A stretch of 64,000 nt of DNA from Octopus vulgaris (Eukaryota), in contig OX597831.1 of the NCBI GenBank assembly GCA_951406725.2, positions 82,150,001-82,214,000 on the forward strand, written 5' to 3'. Positions 27,509 through 41,439 of this stretch are shown here, piece by piece; the first letter of the stretch is position 1, and each line of letters opens with the position of its first letter. Below the pieces are notes generated by a model that was given only the letters and a program-made list of their open reading frames with translations, was not told the origin of the DNA and ran no database searches. The translations under genes and the position numbers were made by a program.

Positions 27509-28114
27509 GTAAGTTTAATTCGTTTTGTTTTCTTACGCTGTAATTAATGTTTTAATTAAAGATAACAATTATGATTTGTTCAACTTTTCAAGTATCAATT
27601 AATTTGATAACTGTTTTACATTTAAAAATATTTATCGTAGAAAATTAAACTACCTTCACACATAACAATATATCTATCATGATGTCTTTGTGCATTTCGA
27701 AGTTAACGGTGAAAATGAAGCAACCCTGCAAAACACAACTGATCTTTACACACAGACACACACAGAATAACAGCAATCAAATAACGACAACGGAGTGTCC
27801 CGTGTATGATAGCTATGGTTTTGAATTCTTTTCTTTCGGGGATCACGACTGGCAATTTTAGTAGCCATTTTTTCAAGATTAGGGAATGCGGAATATAATT
27901 TGTTAATAGAAAACAATCTTTTTTATGTTTTCTCTTTCTTTTTTTTTTTTTAGTTTCGTTTTGGTCTAAGCTAGGTAATATGTAGAACTTCTAAACTCAC
28001 CGAGACTCTGCGCGAAAAAATAGTGAAAAAAAGCACAATTCAATGCAGTTATACTAAGCAGAAATCCTTCGCTTCAAAGAGCGACTGGGAAACACATCTG
28101 ACAAACACAGCAGC

Positions 28115-28177
<63 letters not shown>

Positions 28178-28179
<2 letters not shown>

Positions 28180-28735
28180 CCATCCTCAGCCAGTTGTTGA
28201 AGGTAAAGATGTCACCATCCTCTGGGATTTTCCAGTCAACACTGACAGAACGATCAAGGCTAATCGACCAGACATAATTGTTAAAGACAGGGAAGAAAAT
28301 ACCTGCAGACTAATAGAAGTAAGCGTCCCCACTGATAAAAATGTATCTGTCAAGGAATTTGACAAACTTAGTAAATATAAGGACCTGGAAATCGAAATAC
28401 AGAGGATGTGGAATCTTAAAACAAAAACTGTTCCTGTTATTGTAGGTGCCCTAGGTATGATAAAAAAGGGATGTCAGAAACACCTAGACAATATCCCTGG
28501 AAAACCATGTCTCAAGGAAATCCAAAAGATTGTACTAACAAGTACTGCCCACATCCTTAGAAAAACCCTATCAATGTAAATGTCTGTGTTTGCATTACAT
28601 GGAGATATATCTCTACTTCCCCTCCCCAAGCTTTCAGCTATATTTCAACAACTCTTAACCTTCACTTGCCCTAGGGCGCTGGGTGTGCCCCGGCAGGTGA
28701 TTGCATCAAACATGCAGATTAAAAGTAAATGACAA
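28178..28735 (+). mobile_element. R4/Dong-like non-LTR retrotransposon 3' end (restriction-like endonuclease) between (AAT)n arrays
   Basis: NRPDIIVKDREENTCRLIEVSVPTDKNVSVKEFDKLSKYKDLEIEIQRMWNLKTKTVPVIVGALG...TAHILRKTLSM*; (AAT)n at ~28117-28177 and ~28737-28835. Confidence 0.9.
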
Positions 28736-28737
28736 TG

Positions 28738-28837
<100 letters not shown>

Positions 28838-29032
28838 CAACAACAATTGCAAACCAAATTTCGGAATTGGTTTGCAAAACAGCAAACCAAATCCGAAAAT
28901 AAATTCGATGTAAGAGAAATATGTAAGTTAAAAGTTAGTTCGATATTCCAAATCAATATGTTTACAACTTAACAATTTCTCTCTCTCTCTCTATCTCTCT
29001 CTCTCTGCCTTCATCCATGTTTCACGTCTAAG

Positions 29033-29124
29033 CAAAGGGAATAGAATCTTTGCCTCTGGGATGAATTATCCACCTTTATGGGAAAATTATCGTAACAAAC
29101 CGCGGGACACCTCTTTCTGCAATG
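29033..29124 (+). CDS. Candidate second exon of the same unknown small gene
   Basis: First AG after a long pyrimidine tract (atypical AAG), phase-compatible open frame SKGNRIFASGMNYPPLWENYRNKPRDTSFCN, ATG|GTGAGT donor. Confidence 0.28.
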
Positions 29125-29429
29125 GTGAGTAGTGAACTATCTATTTTCTGCACTTGGTGCTGCCATTTGGTATTATTATTGTTGTTGCTATAATTGCTAT
29201 CGTTGTTATTATTGGTTTCATAGCTCTTGTATATAATGTGCTTGTTTTTAACCATTGGAGTCTGATGATTTTACTGCGAGCAACGTAGCACACGATTGCA
29301 TAGTGTTCGCCCCACCCATTGGTCTATGGTTCCTCTTTCATTCAGAAGGAACCATTAATGGCTTGGCCAGATTCCTGATGTGAACTCCTGCGTTGAAGTA
29401 GATTTTGTGGCATCTCGGGATAGTCATTC

Positions 29430-29650
29430 TACCAATAATTCTCTCCATTATAGGCACGAAGTCAGACGTTTTTGAGAAGGGTGCTAGTCGATTACATAGT
29501 CCCAGATGAGTCCTGTTTTTAATCATCCTCGAAAAGAGGAAAGGCAAAGTCGATCTCGGTGGAATTTGAACTTAGAATGTAAAGATGGACGAAATATCTC
29601 TAAGCATTTTGTCCAGCGTTCTAACGATTCTACCAATTTGCCGCCTTCAG
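29430..29650 (-). mobile_element. SINE family A copy (diverged)
   Basis: aaaggcaaagtcgatctcggtggaatttgaacttagaatgt. Confidence 0.75.
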
Positions 29651-29856
29651 TATGCCAAGAATAATGAAGACATGCACTGGTTTAATTTCACTTCACTTAC
29701 TTTTTCGATAACATCCCCACAACATCAAAAGCCGCAAAATGAGATCAGTATTCAAGTTGAAGACTTAACAGCTTTCACTTGATCTTTAACTTTTTAAAAT
29801 AATTTACCGAATTATTTTCGTTTTATTGGAAAATAACTAACAGATGTAATTCTGTC

Positions 29857-29899
<43 letters not shown>

Positions 29900-31042
29900 G
29901 TTAGACACCTAACAGACTACCTCGGGGATTCATGCAGTCAGTGGAGCAGCTAGAAATAGCAGCTAAATCTTCCATAAATCATACCTCCCACTTAATGTCT
30001 TAAAGAACTAAACATTAGATGATGTAAAAATCAATATAAAAGAGATGGGCACGGTTGGAACAGATCATATCAAGGAAGACTTGAGGAACAACAGCAACAA
30101 TAGACAGCAATGTAATATAATTCTAAAGGTTTTAAAGAGCAATCCATAATGATAACACATTTGTCTTAGAAGGGGTCAACTTCGTGTTTCCCTTTTCCTT
30201 CTCTGATTATATTAGATTGTATCGTGAATGCTAGAGGCCAAAAGAGCGTTCCTGCGAGGGGGGGGTCTCTGCAGTAACATTACTCGACAGGATGAGCAGC
30301 TCGGAGAACAAAATGTCTCTCCAGATTGAGCTGCTGCTTCTCTGCGTTGAGGGGTCACAACAGCATTGCTACTGACACAAGAGTATAATAACGTTGTAGG
30401 AAAGAATCGCAAGATTCTTCAAGCTAAGCCATCTGGCAGCTGACCGAGAACGAGATGGTTGGATCCAGGGCTCCATAGTCTCAGATGGTCAGGCTTCGGA
30501 ATGCAGTCAGGAAGTGTGATGGCGTTTGCTACTGACACGACCCGATGGAGGGGATGCCTGAGGACTCTACCCTCAACGACTCAGCCACAAATATTGGAGG
30601 GAAAATATGGATGGATGGATAGAAATGATACATCAGTAAATTTTGTTTCTATAGATTTGAGAACCGTGGCCACCTTAGATGATAAGGTACTGGGCTGACA
30701 TCAGAGAGGAGGGCTATATGATTTTTACTTTAAATTGCATAACGTCATTGATTTCAAATATCCAATCATTGGTTGACAGCATTTTTGAAAGGATAGAACA
30801 AGTGGGTGTTTGTAACAAATATTACAAAGGACTTCGAAGTTTACCAATTTTCATTTTTCTTCTCCGATATACTCCAGTACTAAGGCGATGTATTGGCAAA
30901 ATCGTTCAGTTTCGGACATAAGACATTTGTTCTGAGTTTAAATCTCACCAAAGTCAACTTCACATCTCAACTTTCCATCGTTGACTATTCGTAGGTCAAA
31001 GGGACACGCAACATCAACGAAATAGCAGATGTGGTGCATTTT

Positions 31043-31167
<125 letters not shown>

Positions 31168-31169
31168 CA

Positions 31170-33442
31170 TTTTATGTTTGACTTTCGCTTTACATTTGTA
31201 CTGGCGCAGGAGTGGCTGTGTGGTAAGTAGTTTGTTTACCAACCACATGGTTCCGGGTTCAGTCCCACTGCGTGGCACCTTGGGCAGGTGTCTTCTACTA
31301 TAGCATCGGGCCGACCAAAGCCTTGTGAGTGGATTTGGTAGACGGAAACTGAAAGAAGCCCGTCGTATATATGTATATATATATGTGCGTGTGTGTGCTT
31401 GTGTGTCTGTGTTTGTCCCCCTAGCATTGCTTGACAACGGATGGTGGTGTGTTTATGTCCCCGTTACTTAGCGTTTCGGCAAAAGAAACCGATAGAATAA
31501 GTACTGGGCTTACAAAAGAATAAGTACCGGGTCGAGTTGCTCGATTAAAAGCGGTGCTCCAGCATGGCCGCAGTCAAATGACTGAAACAAGTAAAAGAGT
31601 AAGTTGACTCCAAGTCTCACCCAGAGACCTCAAGAGACAACAAGTTGGAAGTTCATGTTATTGTTATGCCTAGGGTGCCATATATTTGGTTTAGTACTTA
31701 GTGTTGTTCTAGAGAATGTTTAAGAAATCATAAGAAAATGATGTTTGTTTTAAAATTTGAGATTACATAGAGAAGTATTTTGCGTAGGATATGAGCAGTT
31801 CCCATGAGCACTATCTTTTGAACTTCTGCCATTTTTGGGTTTCCTGGTATCTGAGTTAGGTAGCTATCAGCCCCTTTTGCTATCATTCCCAGGGCACCTA
31901 TGACAACAGGTATTGTTTTAGTCTTCAGCTTCCACATTTTGCTGATTTCTATCTCAAGGTCTTTATACTTGCTCAGTTTTTGGTAGGTCTTGACAGATAT
32001 GTTTATATCGATTGGGACAGTCATATCAATGAGGAGGCATGATTTTTGTCTGAAGTTTTTCAATGTGATATCTGGCCTGTTTGCATATATCTTTCTGTCA
32101 GTTTGAATGGTGAAGTTCCAGAGGAGTGAGATGTGGTCATTTTCAAGCACTGGAGGGGGATTGTATTCCCACCAGTTTTTATCATGGGGCAAGTCCAGGT
32201 TTTTGCAAATTACCCAGTGAATATATTGTGCAGCTCTATCATGCCAGTTGAGATACTCTGTAGGCGCAAGAAGACTGCACTTGGAGACAACATGATCAAT
32301 GGTTTCATTTTGTTGTTGAAATACACGACATGTTGGGAAGCTGCCGTTCTTTAATATGTTGGCCTGGTAGTTCCTTGTAGGTAGGCATTGATCTTGAGCT
32401 GCTATGATAAACCCCTCTGTTTCAGATTTTAAGCCAGAGGCCATTAGCCATTGATGGGTCAGGGCTTTGTCAACATCTGTATTATTCGCTCTCTTTGGGT
32501 ATTTGCCATTGAGAGGTTTTTCTTGCCATTTATCATTCAGAATATCTAAGGCCGCAGATTTAGCACGGGTTTTCATGCACTTAGCTTTTTCTGTGCCTGT
32601 TTCTTGTATGTCTATTTCTAATTCCGAAATTTGTTGTATTCGGAATTCACTTAGATATTCCTTTGCCTGTTTTGTTACTGAGTATGATGCTTTCTTGTTT
32701 TCATGTTTTGAGACAAGTTTTAACATCCAGTCCTCAGAGATTTTCAGGTAGATGTCTAGGCCAATTGTGGCAATCTTCATTGTTATTGCTAGTTGTAAAA
32801 GTCCACGGCCTCCCTCTTTTCTTGGCAGATAAAGTCGTTCTGTATCTGCCTTAGGGTGGTGCATTCTATGCATTGTCAACAGTTTTCATATTTTTCTGTC
32901 AAGATTACATATTTCAGTAATTGACCAGTTAACGATATTGAAACTGTAAGTCACGACTGGTATGGCTAATGCATTGATCGCTTCGATTCTGTTTCTTGCA
33001 TTCAGCTCTGTCTTGAGTATTGCTCTTACTCTGCGATAACATTCTCTCCTGATCCTTTCCTTCATCACTGAATGCCTTATTCCGTCCCCTTCAATTACCC
33101 CTAGGTACTTGTAGCTTTCCGCTGGGTCTAACTCTTTTATGACATTCTGCTGGTCAAGGTTAACGTTAGATGTTTCATGTCATTTTTCCTTTGATAAAGG
33201 TAGCTTTTGCACATTTATTGAGGCCAAATTGCATTCTGATGTCATCGCTGAATTGTTTGACAATCGCTAGTAAGCCCTTGAGTTGTTGGTAATTTTTTGC
33301 AAAGAGCTTTAAATCATCCATGTAAATGAGATGATTTATATTTTTATCAAACATTTTATAACCGTACTGTGCATCATTGAACAATTTCGAGAGAGGTATT
33401 AAGGCTAGACAAAAGAGGAGTGGTGATAGTGAGTCACCCTGG
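31170..33442 (-). mobile_element. 5'-truncated R4/Dong-like element (RT, CCHC knuckle, REL endonuclease) with a SINE in its 3' UTR
   Basis: QGDSLSPLLFCLAL, YMDDLKL, RLYLPRKEGGRGL, CRVFQQQNETIDHVVSKC, NRPDI..IDMTVP..KYKDL; bounded by (ATT)n at ~31103-31168 and ~33443-33493; frameshifted. Confidence 0.93.
31203..31600 (+). mobile_element. Full-length SINE family B
   Basis: ggcgcaggagtggctgtgtggtaag...ccttgggcaggtg...gactgaaacaagtaaaagagt. Confidence 0.92.
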
Positions 33443-33495
<53 letters not shown>

Positions 33496-33496
<1 letters not shown>

Positions 33497-33800
33497 ATCA
33501 TATAAAGACTCAGCTTATTTTGCCGGGTATGATGGAAAGTGTCAGCTGTCCACAGCCAGCAGACTAAGGTGACACTTGTGTTACTGGTGATGCTTCAAGA
33601 ACCCTGCAGAGAATTCTTGCAGTTCCAAGTAATGCTGATCTTTGTAGTTGTTCTACCTTTACACTTGCACCAGTCTCTTTCAGCCATGTTGGTAGATGAG
33701 TGCTGATACTTCCAAGTGCATCAGTTACTGTTGGTATCACGTCTACTCTCTTCATTGACCACAACCTTCGTTCCGAGTCTCTTTTCCATTTGCTTAATTT
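33496..33800 (-). mobile_element. Second R4/Dong-like 3' fragment (different subfamily)
   Basis: LWSMKRVDVIPTVTDALGSI...LQRSALLGTARILCRVLE; its 3' end runs into the (AAT)n array preceding the next element. Confidence 0.8.
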
Positions 33801-34154
33801 TTTCTCAGTAATGACATATTCTGATAAACGAAGAATACTTCTGCATTTCTTGAGGTCTGTGCTGATAAATAACGTAAAGCACCGACGTTACCAGAACCGT
33901 CTTTATTCTTCGCAGTTCCTGAATATCGACAACTTTATTCAGTTATACAGTAATGTTGTTAGATTTTTAAAATATTTTTCATTGATTTTCTTTAATTTTT
34001 GTAGTCTTTTAATCCCGAGTTTTTAAAAAAGACATACAATTGTGCAGACACTTCTTTCCAAATGGTATTTTTGTTCTTTTTATTCTTTGGATGGCAAGTA
34101 GTAAAAACAGATTCTGTTTGGGGTCTTCTGATCTGCAGGAGATGTTAGTTTTGA

Positions 34155-34745
<591 letters not shown>

Positions 34746-34854
34746 TGTTAGTTTTGATGTCAATAACTCTTTTAACGGTTCCAATTTCCTTAAAAACGCA
34801 AAACTTATTTTTACTATATTCTATTCTAAACTAAATACTTTTATTTATAAAATT

Positions 34855-35050
34855 GGTTTCAAATTTTGACATAAGGCCAGCAATTTGGGAGGTAGGAGCT
34901 ACTCTATTATATCGACCCCGTGTTCGATCCCGAAAGGATGAAAAGCAAAGTCGACCTTGGCAGAATTCGAAATCAGAACGTAAGGATCGACCAAATGCCG
35001 CCAAGTATTTTGTCCGGCGTACTATGGATTCGGTCAGCTCGCCACCTTCT
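34855..35050 (-). mobile_element. SINE family A copy
   Basis: cgaaaggatgaaaagcaaagtcgaccttggcagaattcgaaatcagaacgt...cagctcgccacctt. Confidence 0.8.
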
Positions 35051-36045
35051 AGTATTTATGATAGTAGTCAAAGTTCAGACTTGATGAAGTTGATTGGGGC
35101 TTGGACTTCTATATTTGGACGACTAAGTGCCATGATTTTAATTGGCGTAAGCTACGGTAACTTTTATTCCTATTGATGGTCATTAAATTCAAAATAATTA
35201 TTCTGAAGATGGAATTATATTAGAATTTTTTTCTTCTAGCCAGAAATAACTGAAATTTCATGAACTGAAGCAATATAAGAGTCTCTGTTGGTTTTATTCG
35301 GGAAATAGCTCAACACATCATCTCTCATAAAACACATTGTGTGTTTTAGGTCTCTAAAGAACATCAGAATAGAGTTTAGTCTCCACAGTTGTGTTTTCTG
35401 TTTTAGGGGCATCTTAGCTGTGTTTAGATTGATTTTGCTTGTCCCCGTCTCGGGATTGATAAAATAAGTAGCAGTCAAGTAGCGGGGTCGATGTAATCGA
35501 TTAGCCCCCTTCACCAATATTTGCGGTCTTGTGCCAATAGTAGAAAGAATTATCCAAAACAATCGTTTTAAATAGGAATGCATAGTTGAGATACATCACG
35601 GAAATAAACCACAGAGCTCTCTCTTCGTTAAATCTTGTGTTTACCACCTTTAATTAATGGTGACCAACGTTAAAGGGTAAATCTCTGTAAGAAAGAAATA
35701 GTGCACCTTTTTTGATAGTGAAGACATCCTAACTAGCGTAACATTAACAGCCATTTAGATCCGGATATAATGCGTTAGTCAGTTACTTATTGACTTTTAT
35801 TATAACAAATCAGTCCTCTCCCCCACGCACACGCAAAACGATTTCTTCGAGAAAGGCTTATATGTAAAGAATTTCATCAAGGAAGAACAAATAAAATTCA
35901 TGCGTTGGAATGCATATTTCCTCGGAAGAGGGAAACGGGAAAAGTTCAAATTTGAAAATACAAAACTCATATTCTCAACAAGAAAATATCCATGTCTGAT
36001 CAAGGCATGGGAATAACATCTTAAAAACATACAAGAATTCTAATT

Positions 36046-36149
<104 letters not shown>

Positions 36150-36263
36150 TTAACAATTAAGGATAACTTCTTAATAAGGAATCTTAACAAGAAATTATCA
36201 GGTAGATAGCGTGAAAAACCTCATAAGAGAAAAATTTCGTTTATTTATGATATGTTCATAATC

Positions 36264-36327
36264 AGTCTTGCTGATGAGCATGGTCGCAACTCTGCGGTAA
36301 GTGCAAAATCACAGGTGATACAAGACT
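36264..36327 (+). ncRNA. Type-I hammerhead motif with G12A lesion
   Basis: AGUCUUG-CUGAUGA-GCAU...GUGC-AAAA(36305)-UCACAGGUGA-UA-CAAGACU; 7-bp stem I, AUCAC/GUGAU stem III. Confidence 0.8.
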
Positions 36328-36441
36328 AAATTCATTTTTTAAATGTCTTGCTTTGAAAAATTGCATTGGGTATGATTAGTAAAATGTTTGGTAGAAATGA
36401 CTGATGTCCCTCTTAGCGTGAGGCATGTATGTATAATAATG

Positions 36442-36527
<86 letters not shown>

Positions 36528-36788
36528 GTATATGTATATGTAAAAGATGGAGGTGGAAGCAGCACAGAAGTAAATCTGAGACATTTCAATTTAGAAAGAA
36601 TTTAATGAAATGATTTTAAAAATTATAAAAAGAAAATATAAAATATTACCCGTTTCGATGATGAATTTCATTTTATCAAATATTAATAAAAAATTTATTA
36701 AATTTTGAAGTAGAAACAGTTTATCTTCTCTTTGGTGACCAAAACATGCCCGGAGTTTTTTCGCTGAAGTCTTCTTTAAATATAGTTT

Positions 36789-36869
<81 letters not shown>

Positions 36870-38174
36870 CATCTTGAGCGTTTATCTCTATTTTCCATTA
36901 TTTCTATGCTCATCAAAACACGTCTCGCTTCTCCCCGGAATTAACTCCCACTCAAGTGTGATCACTAATTCTGAGGACGCTTTTGTGACATCTGTAATTG
37001 TTCATACACACACACACATACGCACACATCTCTAATTTTTTTCTGATATATGGCTTAAAATTAAGATACAGGTAGCGTGTTTATCTTTCCAGTATTCCAT
37101 AAGTAAATGCCCTGAGCAGTTTTCATAGAAACCACCTAATAAGTAATTAATTAAGTACATAGATGAATATTAAACTGATTCTATGTAATCTTTCCTTTTT
37201 AATGTTTATAATTGACATATACACACATTTTACCTATTTTGATTAAGATATTATTTTTGAAAATCCTAAATTCTATTTTTATACAACATGACAATATTGT
37301 TAATAAATAATCACCCATGGTGCCCCAAGATGTAATCTCCTCTGTATAAACATCTTAGGTTTCTTAGCGTCTTGCCCCTTTAATTGGTAATTAACACCAT
37401 GATTTAGAGTTTTCCCTTATACAGCCTCATTTTATAAACAGTTACTTATATCCAATTGACTACTCCTAATGTCTTTCTTCCTCCCTGAGGAAAAGGGATA
37501 CACATGATAATATTTATGACCATACCCAGCCATGAGCTGTCAACTCACTCTTCGTTCCAAGCAGACACAGTCTTCTAGTCTTAGATTTAGTAGTTGATAA
37601 AAAGACGAATAAATTAGAAATGAACCACAATCCTTTACAAGCTATGACCCCAATGGGCTTCATGCCATGCTTGGAAGTGTAGTCTATTCTTAGCTACAAT
37701 AGCGACAACATGAATTTCTTCCATCTTCTTGCTCTGTTAATATGTCCAACTGGTTAAAATTCTATTTATTTATTTGTGCAGCTGATGATGACACTGCATT
37801 TAAGTAGATGTAATGATTGCATTGTTCAATTAAATGGAGCCGCTTGAAACGGTCGTACTGCATCACCTCTTGATATTCTGTTGCTTATTTTGATTGTGTG
37901 TAGACACACACGCACACACACATATATATATATATTAACAATTGAGGATAAAATCTTTAAAAGAAATTATCAGTAGTCAGCGTGAAAAACCTCGTAAGAG
38001 AAAAAATCCGTAAATTCTTCCTCTTTGAAAATATTCATTTATATTATATTGAGGGTACTACTATTCGTAGATACCAACACTCTAAGAGGGACCAATGCGG
38101 TCAAAACTACTAAAAATAAACAAAATTTTACCGAATGCAAAACTTCAAAACACATCATTTTAAAAAAGAATTCA

Positions 38175-38238
38175 GTTACATATCACATGTGATTTCGCAT
38201 TTAATGCAGAATATGCATTTCATGATCATCAGTGCAAC
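38175..38238 (-). ncRNA. Type-I hammerhead motif with intact core
   Basis: GUUGCA-CUGAUGA-UCAU..AAUGCA(UAUUC)UGCAUU..AUGC-GAA-AUCACAUGUGAU palindrome-A-UGUAAC; U10.1:C11.1 mismatch. Confidence 0.8.
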
Positions 38239-38383
38239 AAACTCAAGAAATATAAGAGAAAACATAACATTACAAGCTCGATAGCCAACCGTAGAATTCG
38301 TCGTAGCATGTACGAATGTTTATCTTTACATATCTATGAAAATGGCGGGCTTATTCGCAATGCATTTCGGTAACAATATATAC

Positions 38384-38446
<63 letters not shown>

Positions 38447-38455
<9 letters not shown>

Positions 38456-38845
38456 ATCTCGAGATGGTCATTTTTTTTCGCAAAATAAACACACGTATTT
38501 TACGGGAGGTAAAATACATAACCACACCAACAGAGAAAACAACTAGAATGAACATCATACACGAAGAAAGCATTTTTGTCCGACGCAAACGCGAGAAACA
38601 CTTCAACAAATAATTCTCTTGGATGAGGTAAAAACAACAGTGTAAAATGAAGCAGGAAGTAAAACAGAAGTACCCGGATGAGGTCAATAAGATATATATG
38701 GCAGGCGCCCTACTAATGGCCGAACTCTGTAGGGAAAATAATGTGAACATCTATGGAGATTCAACAATCGACTCAGAAGGGCAGTGCATGTATTTACTTG
38801 TCAAAAGGAATAATAAATTGTCCATCCCGAAATATAACAATATCT
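38447..38845. mobile_element. PLE pseudo-LTR remnant with inverted termini
   Basis: Both ends resemble atgaccattccgaaatataacaata, the terminus of the Penelope at ~25972-25996, in opposite orientations. Confidence 0.55.
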
Positions 38846-38879
38846 GTTTCAACACACGATTTCACATCAGGAATCTTAC

Positions 38880-38971
<92 letters not shown>

Positions 38972-40559
38972 AATAAATAATGAAGCAAAACAACCTCAGT
39001 TGATAAACTAGAATGTTTGGCTGTCGGCCTCCTCCCTTACATTACTTTAAAAGATGATAACCCCAACTTCTTAGCTGACACGGAATAGCAATTCATTACT
39101 CTCACCGACAGCGAATTAGTTACGAGTCTACATTAGATTCAGTCAACAATACCATTAAGCGAGCCATTAACCTTTGTCTTAGGAATAAACAGAACTTCAG
39201 TGATTGATGGGTTCCATAACATACATGACAAAAATAACTGTAAATCCACAATTCGACATTATGGAATTGAGTCTCTCCATCATTGAATCTCTCTTAGTGA
39301 AACCACTGGATTGCGGCCATAGATTGACTCCTGTCACTGATTTGGATATTGATGGTATTATACACGCCAGAAGATTTTCGCTTTCCTTTGATGAATTATT
39401 TTGGGTCAAACGATATTAGTTTGGGCTCTTGAAAGAATTGAAGCAATCTGATTGAATTATTTTTTAGACACTATCAGAACTAAATTTAATTCTATAGAAC
39501 TAGGCCCTTAAAGGGGTGATAGATTAATTCTAACTTGTTATAGAAAGGGTCTCCAATTAAATAAGCTTACAAAACTCAAAATTAATACTTGCAAAAGTCT
39601 TGATCTGACAACTATTTTGAATGACGCAGAATCTAAAGAAGTGTTTCTTGTCTAATTATTATAATTACTTTGCTTAGATATCAATGTTAATTGCTTAGAG
39701 AAAAACAATGACGTCACTACAAGCATCATCGCCACCATTACTAACACCACCACTGACGCCATACCACTACTAATACAACCACAACCACCACCACTAACAC
39801 CAACAGTGACATCACCGCCGCCGCCGCCGCCACTACTACCACCCACCACTTTTGTCTCTTAATCATTCGAGTATTTCGTGATTCTACTTGTAAAAATCTC
39901 TCTAACAATGCTTCCCAAGTGAATGTCCTGTGTAGGGGGTGAACGTGTCACCAAATATTAACCTGACCTATTTGAAAGAAGTTATGAGAACTAAGAAGGA
40001 AATTAATGGCGGAAATAATAGGTAAACAATTTCTCAGGGGTATTATAAAGGTTCTTGTTTAAGACGAGTTGTTAATGAGTTAATTAAAACTTGTTCATGA
40101 GTTAGTTAAATGCTGTTAATGAGGTCTTCAAATTTACCTAGAAACAGAAATAAAAGACTCTGCTGTTATCCTCAAATATCGCAGTTTCATTGGTGGAATT
40201 TACGGATGAATTTTCGCAACAAAATTTTCTGTGGGATTCCCCAGGAATAGCAAGAGAATAAGGACTTCGCTTTCTTTGGCACAAATAAACTAAATTTTGT
40301 AAAAGAGCCAATACTTGTGATTTCTAAATTAGGATCACCGTCAAACATTTTGTTGGGTGGGGAACGATCGATTTAATTGCTCTCGGAACTTATTTTCTTG
40401 ATTCCCGAAAGAATGAAAGACAAAATTTGTATCGGCTTGCGGGAATTGAACTCGGAATAAAAGGGACACAATAAAACACTGCAAGAAAATAAGAAGATTT
40501 TGCTCGGCGTATCAAAGATCTGAACTTCGCTGTTCTATCATTTATAGATTTTAGCAATC

Positions 40560-40990
40560 CTCCGAGTAACCGTTGCAGATTCTCAGAGCATATGGTATTA
40601 CTGGAATCATCAGAAATGTAATCAACATTCCCTACAAAATTTTTCGTCACTCTGGTTTTATCGTCTGATAAGGGTACGGATTCTTTGAGATCTGGTAGGA
40701 GTACTTCAAGGTAACATTCTTTCACCTTGGCTATTCATTGCGACTTTCGATTATTCATTACGAGTTGCAACACCAAAAGCAGAAGAAACAGGTTTCCGAA
40801 TGAGTCCTTGAAAAAGCAGACGTCATTCTACAACTATTATCACTAATATGCATTAAACAGATCGTATAACACTTACCTCTGATGCTATCAAGGAAGATTA
40901 ATGAATGAGTTGTGGAAGTTGTAAAACAGATCGGACTTCACATCAATGAGGAATTTTTAAAACGATTTAGTCTTTCATCAAGAATTATCG
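40560..40990 (+). mobile_element. Old RTE-like RT remnant
   Basis: GVLQGNILSPWLFIATFDYSLR motif; heavily decayed. Confidence 0.55.
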
Positions 40991-41439
40991 AAGTAAAGAA
41001 GTTAAAAAACTAACACCATTTAGTGGGCTGTTCCTGCTATCAATATGCCCACCCATCACAAAACACCAGCACCGCCGCCGCCACCACTTTCACCACCACC
41101 AACAACAACACCAACACCACTACCGCCACCACCACCGCCACCACCACTACCACCACCAACAACACCACCACCACCACCACTACCACCACCACCACCACCA
41201 CCACCAACACCATTACTACTACTACTACTACTACTACTAATAATAATAATAATAATAATAATAACAATAATAATAATAATAATAATAAGACTACGGCTGC
41301 TATAATGGTACGATTATAATTGTAACGGCAATGATGGCCGCCTCCCCACGAGCCAATCAAAGCTAAAAAATGATAACATTATCGTAGCACCAAAATGTTT
41401 TTGGAAACTAAAAGGAAAACTAAATTAGTATACCAAATC

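Noticed and set aside
29122-29130. ATG|GTGAGT as the ATG-only first exon of a third ELC or calmodulin-family gene
   Set aside because: No EF-hand exons found downstream on +; wrong position or strand for both ELC genes
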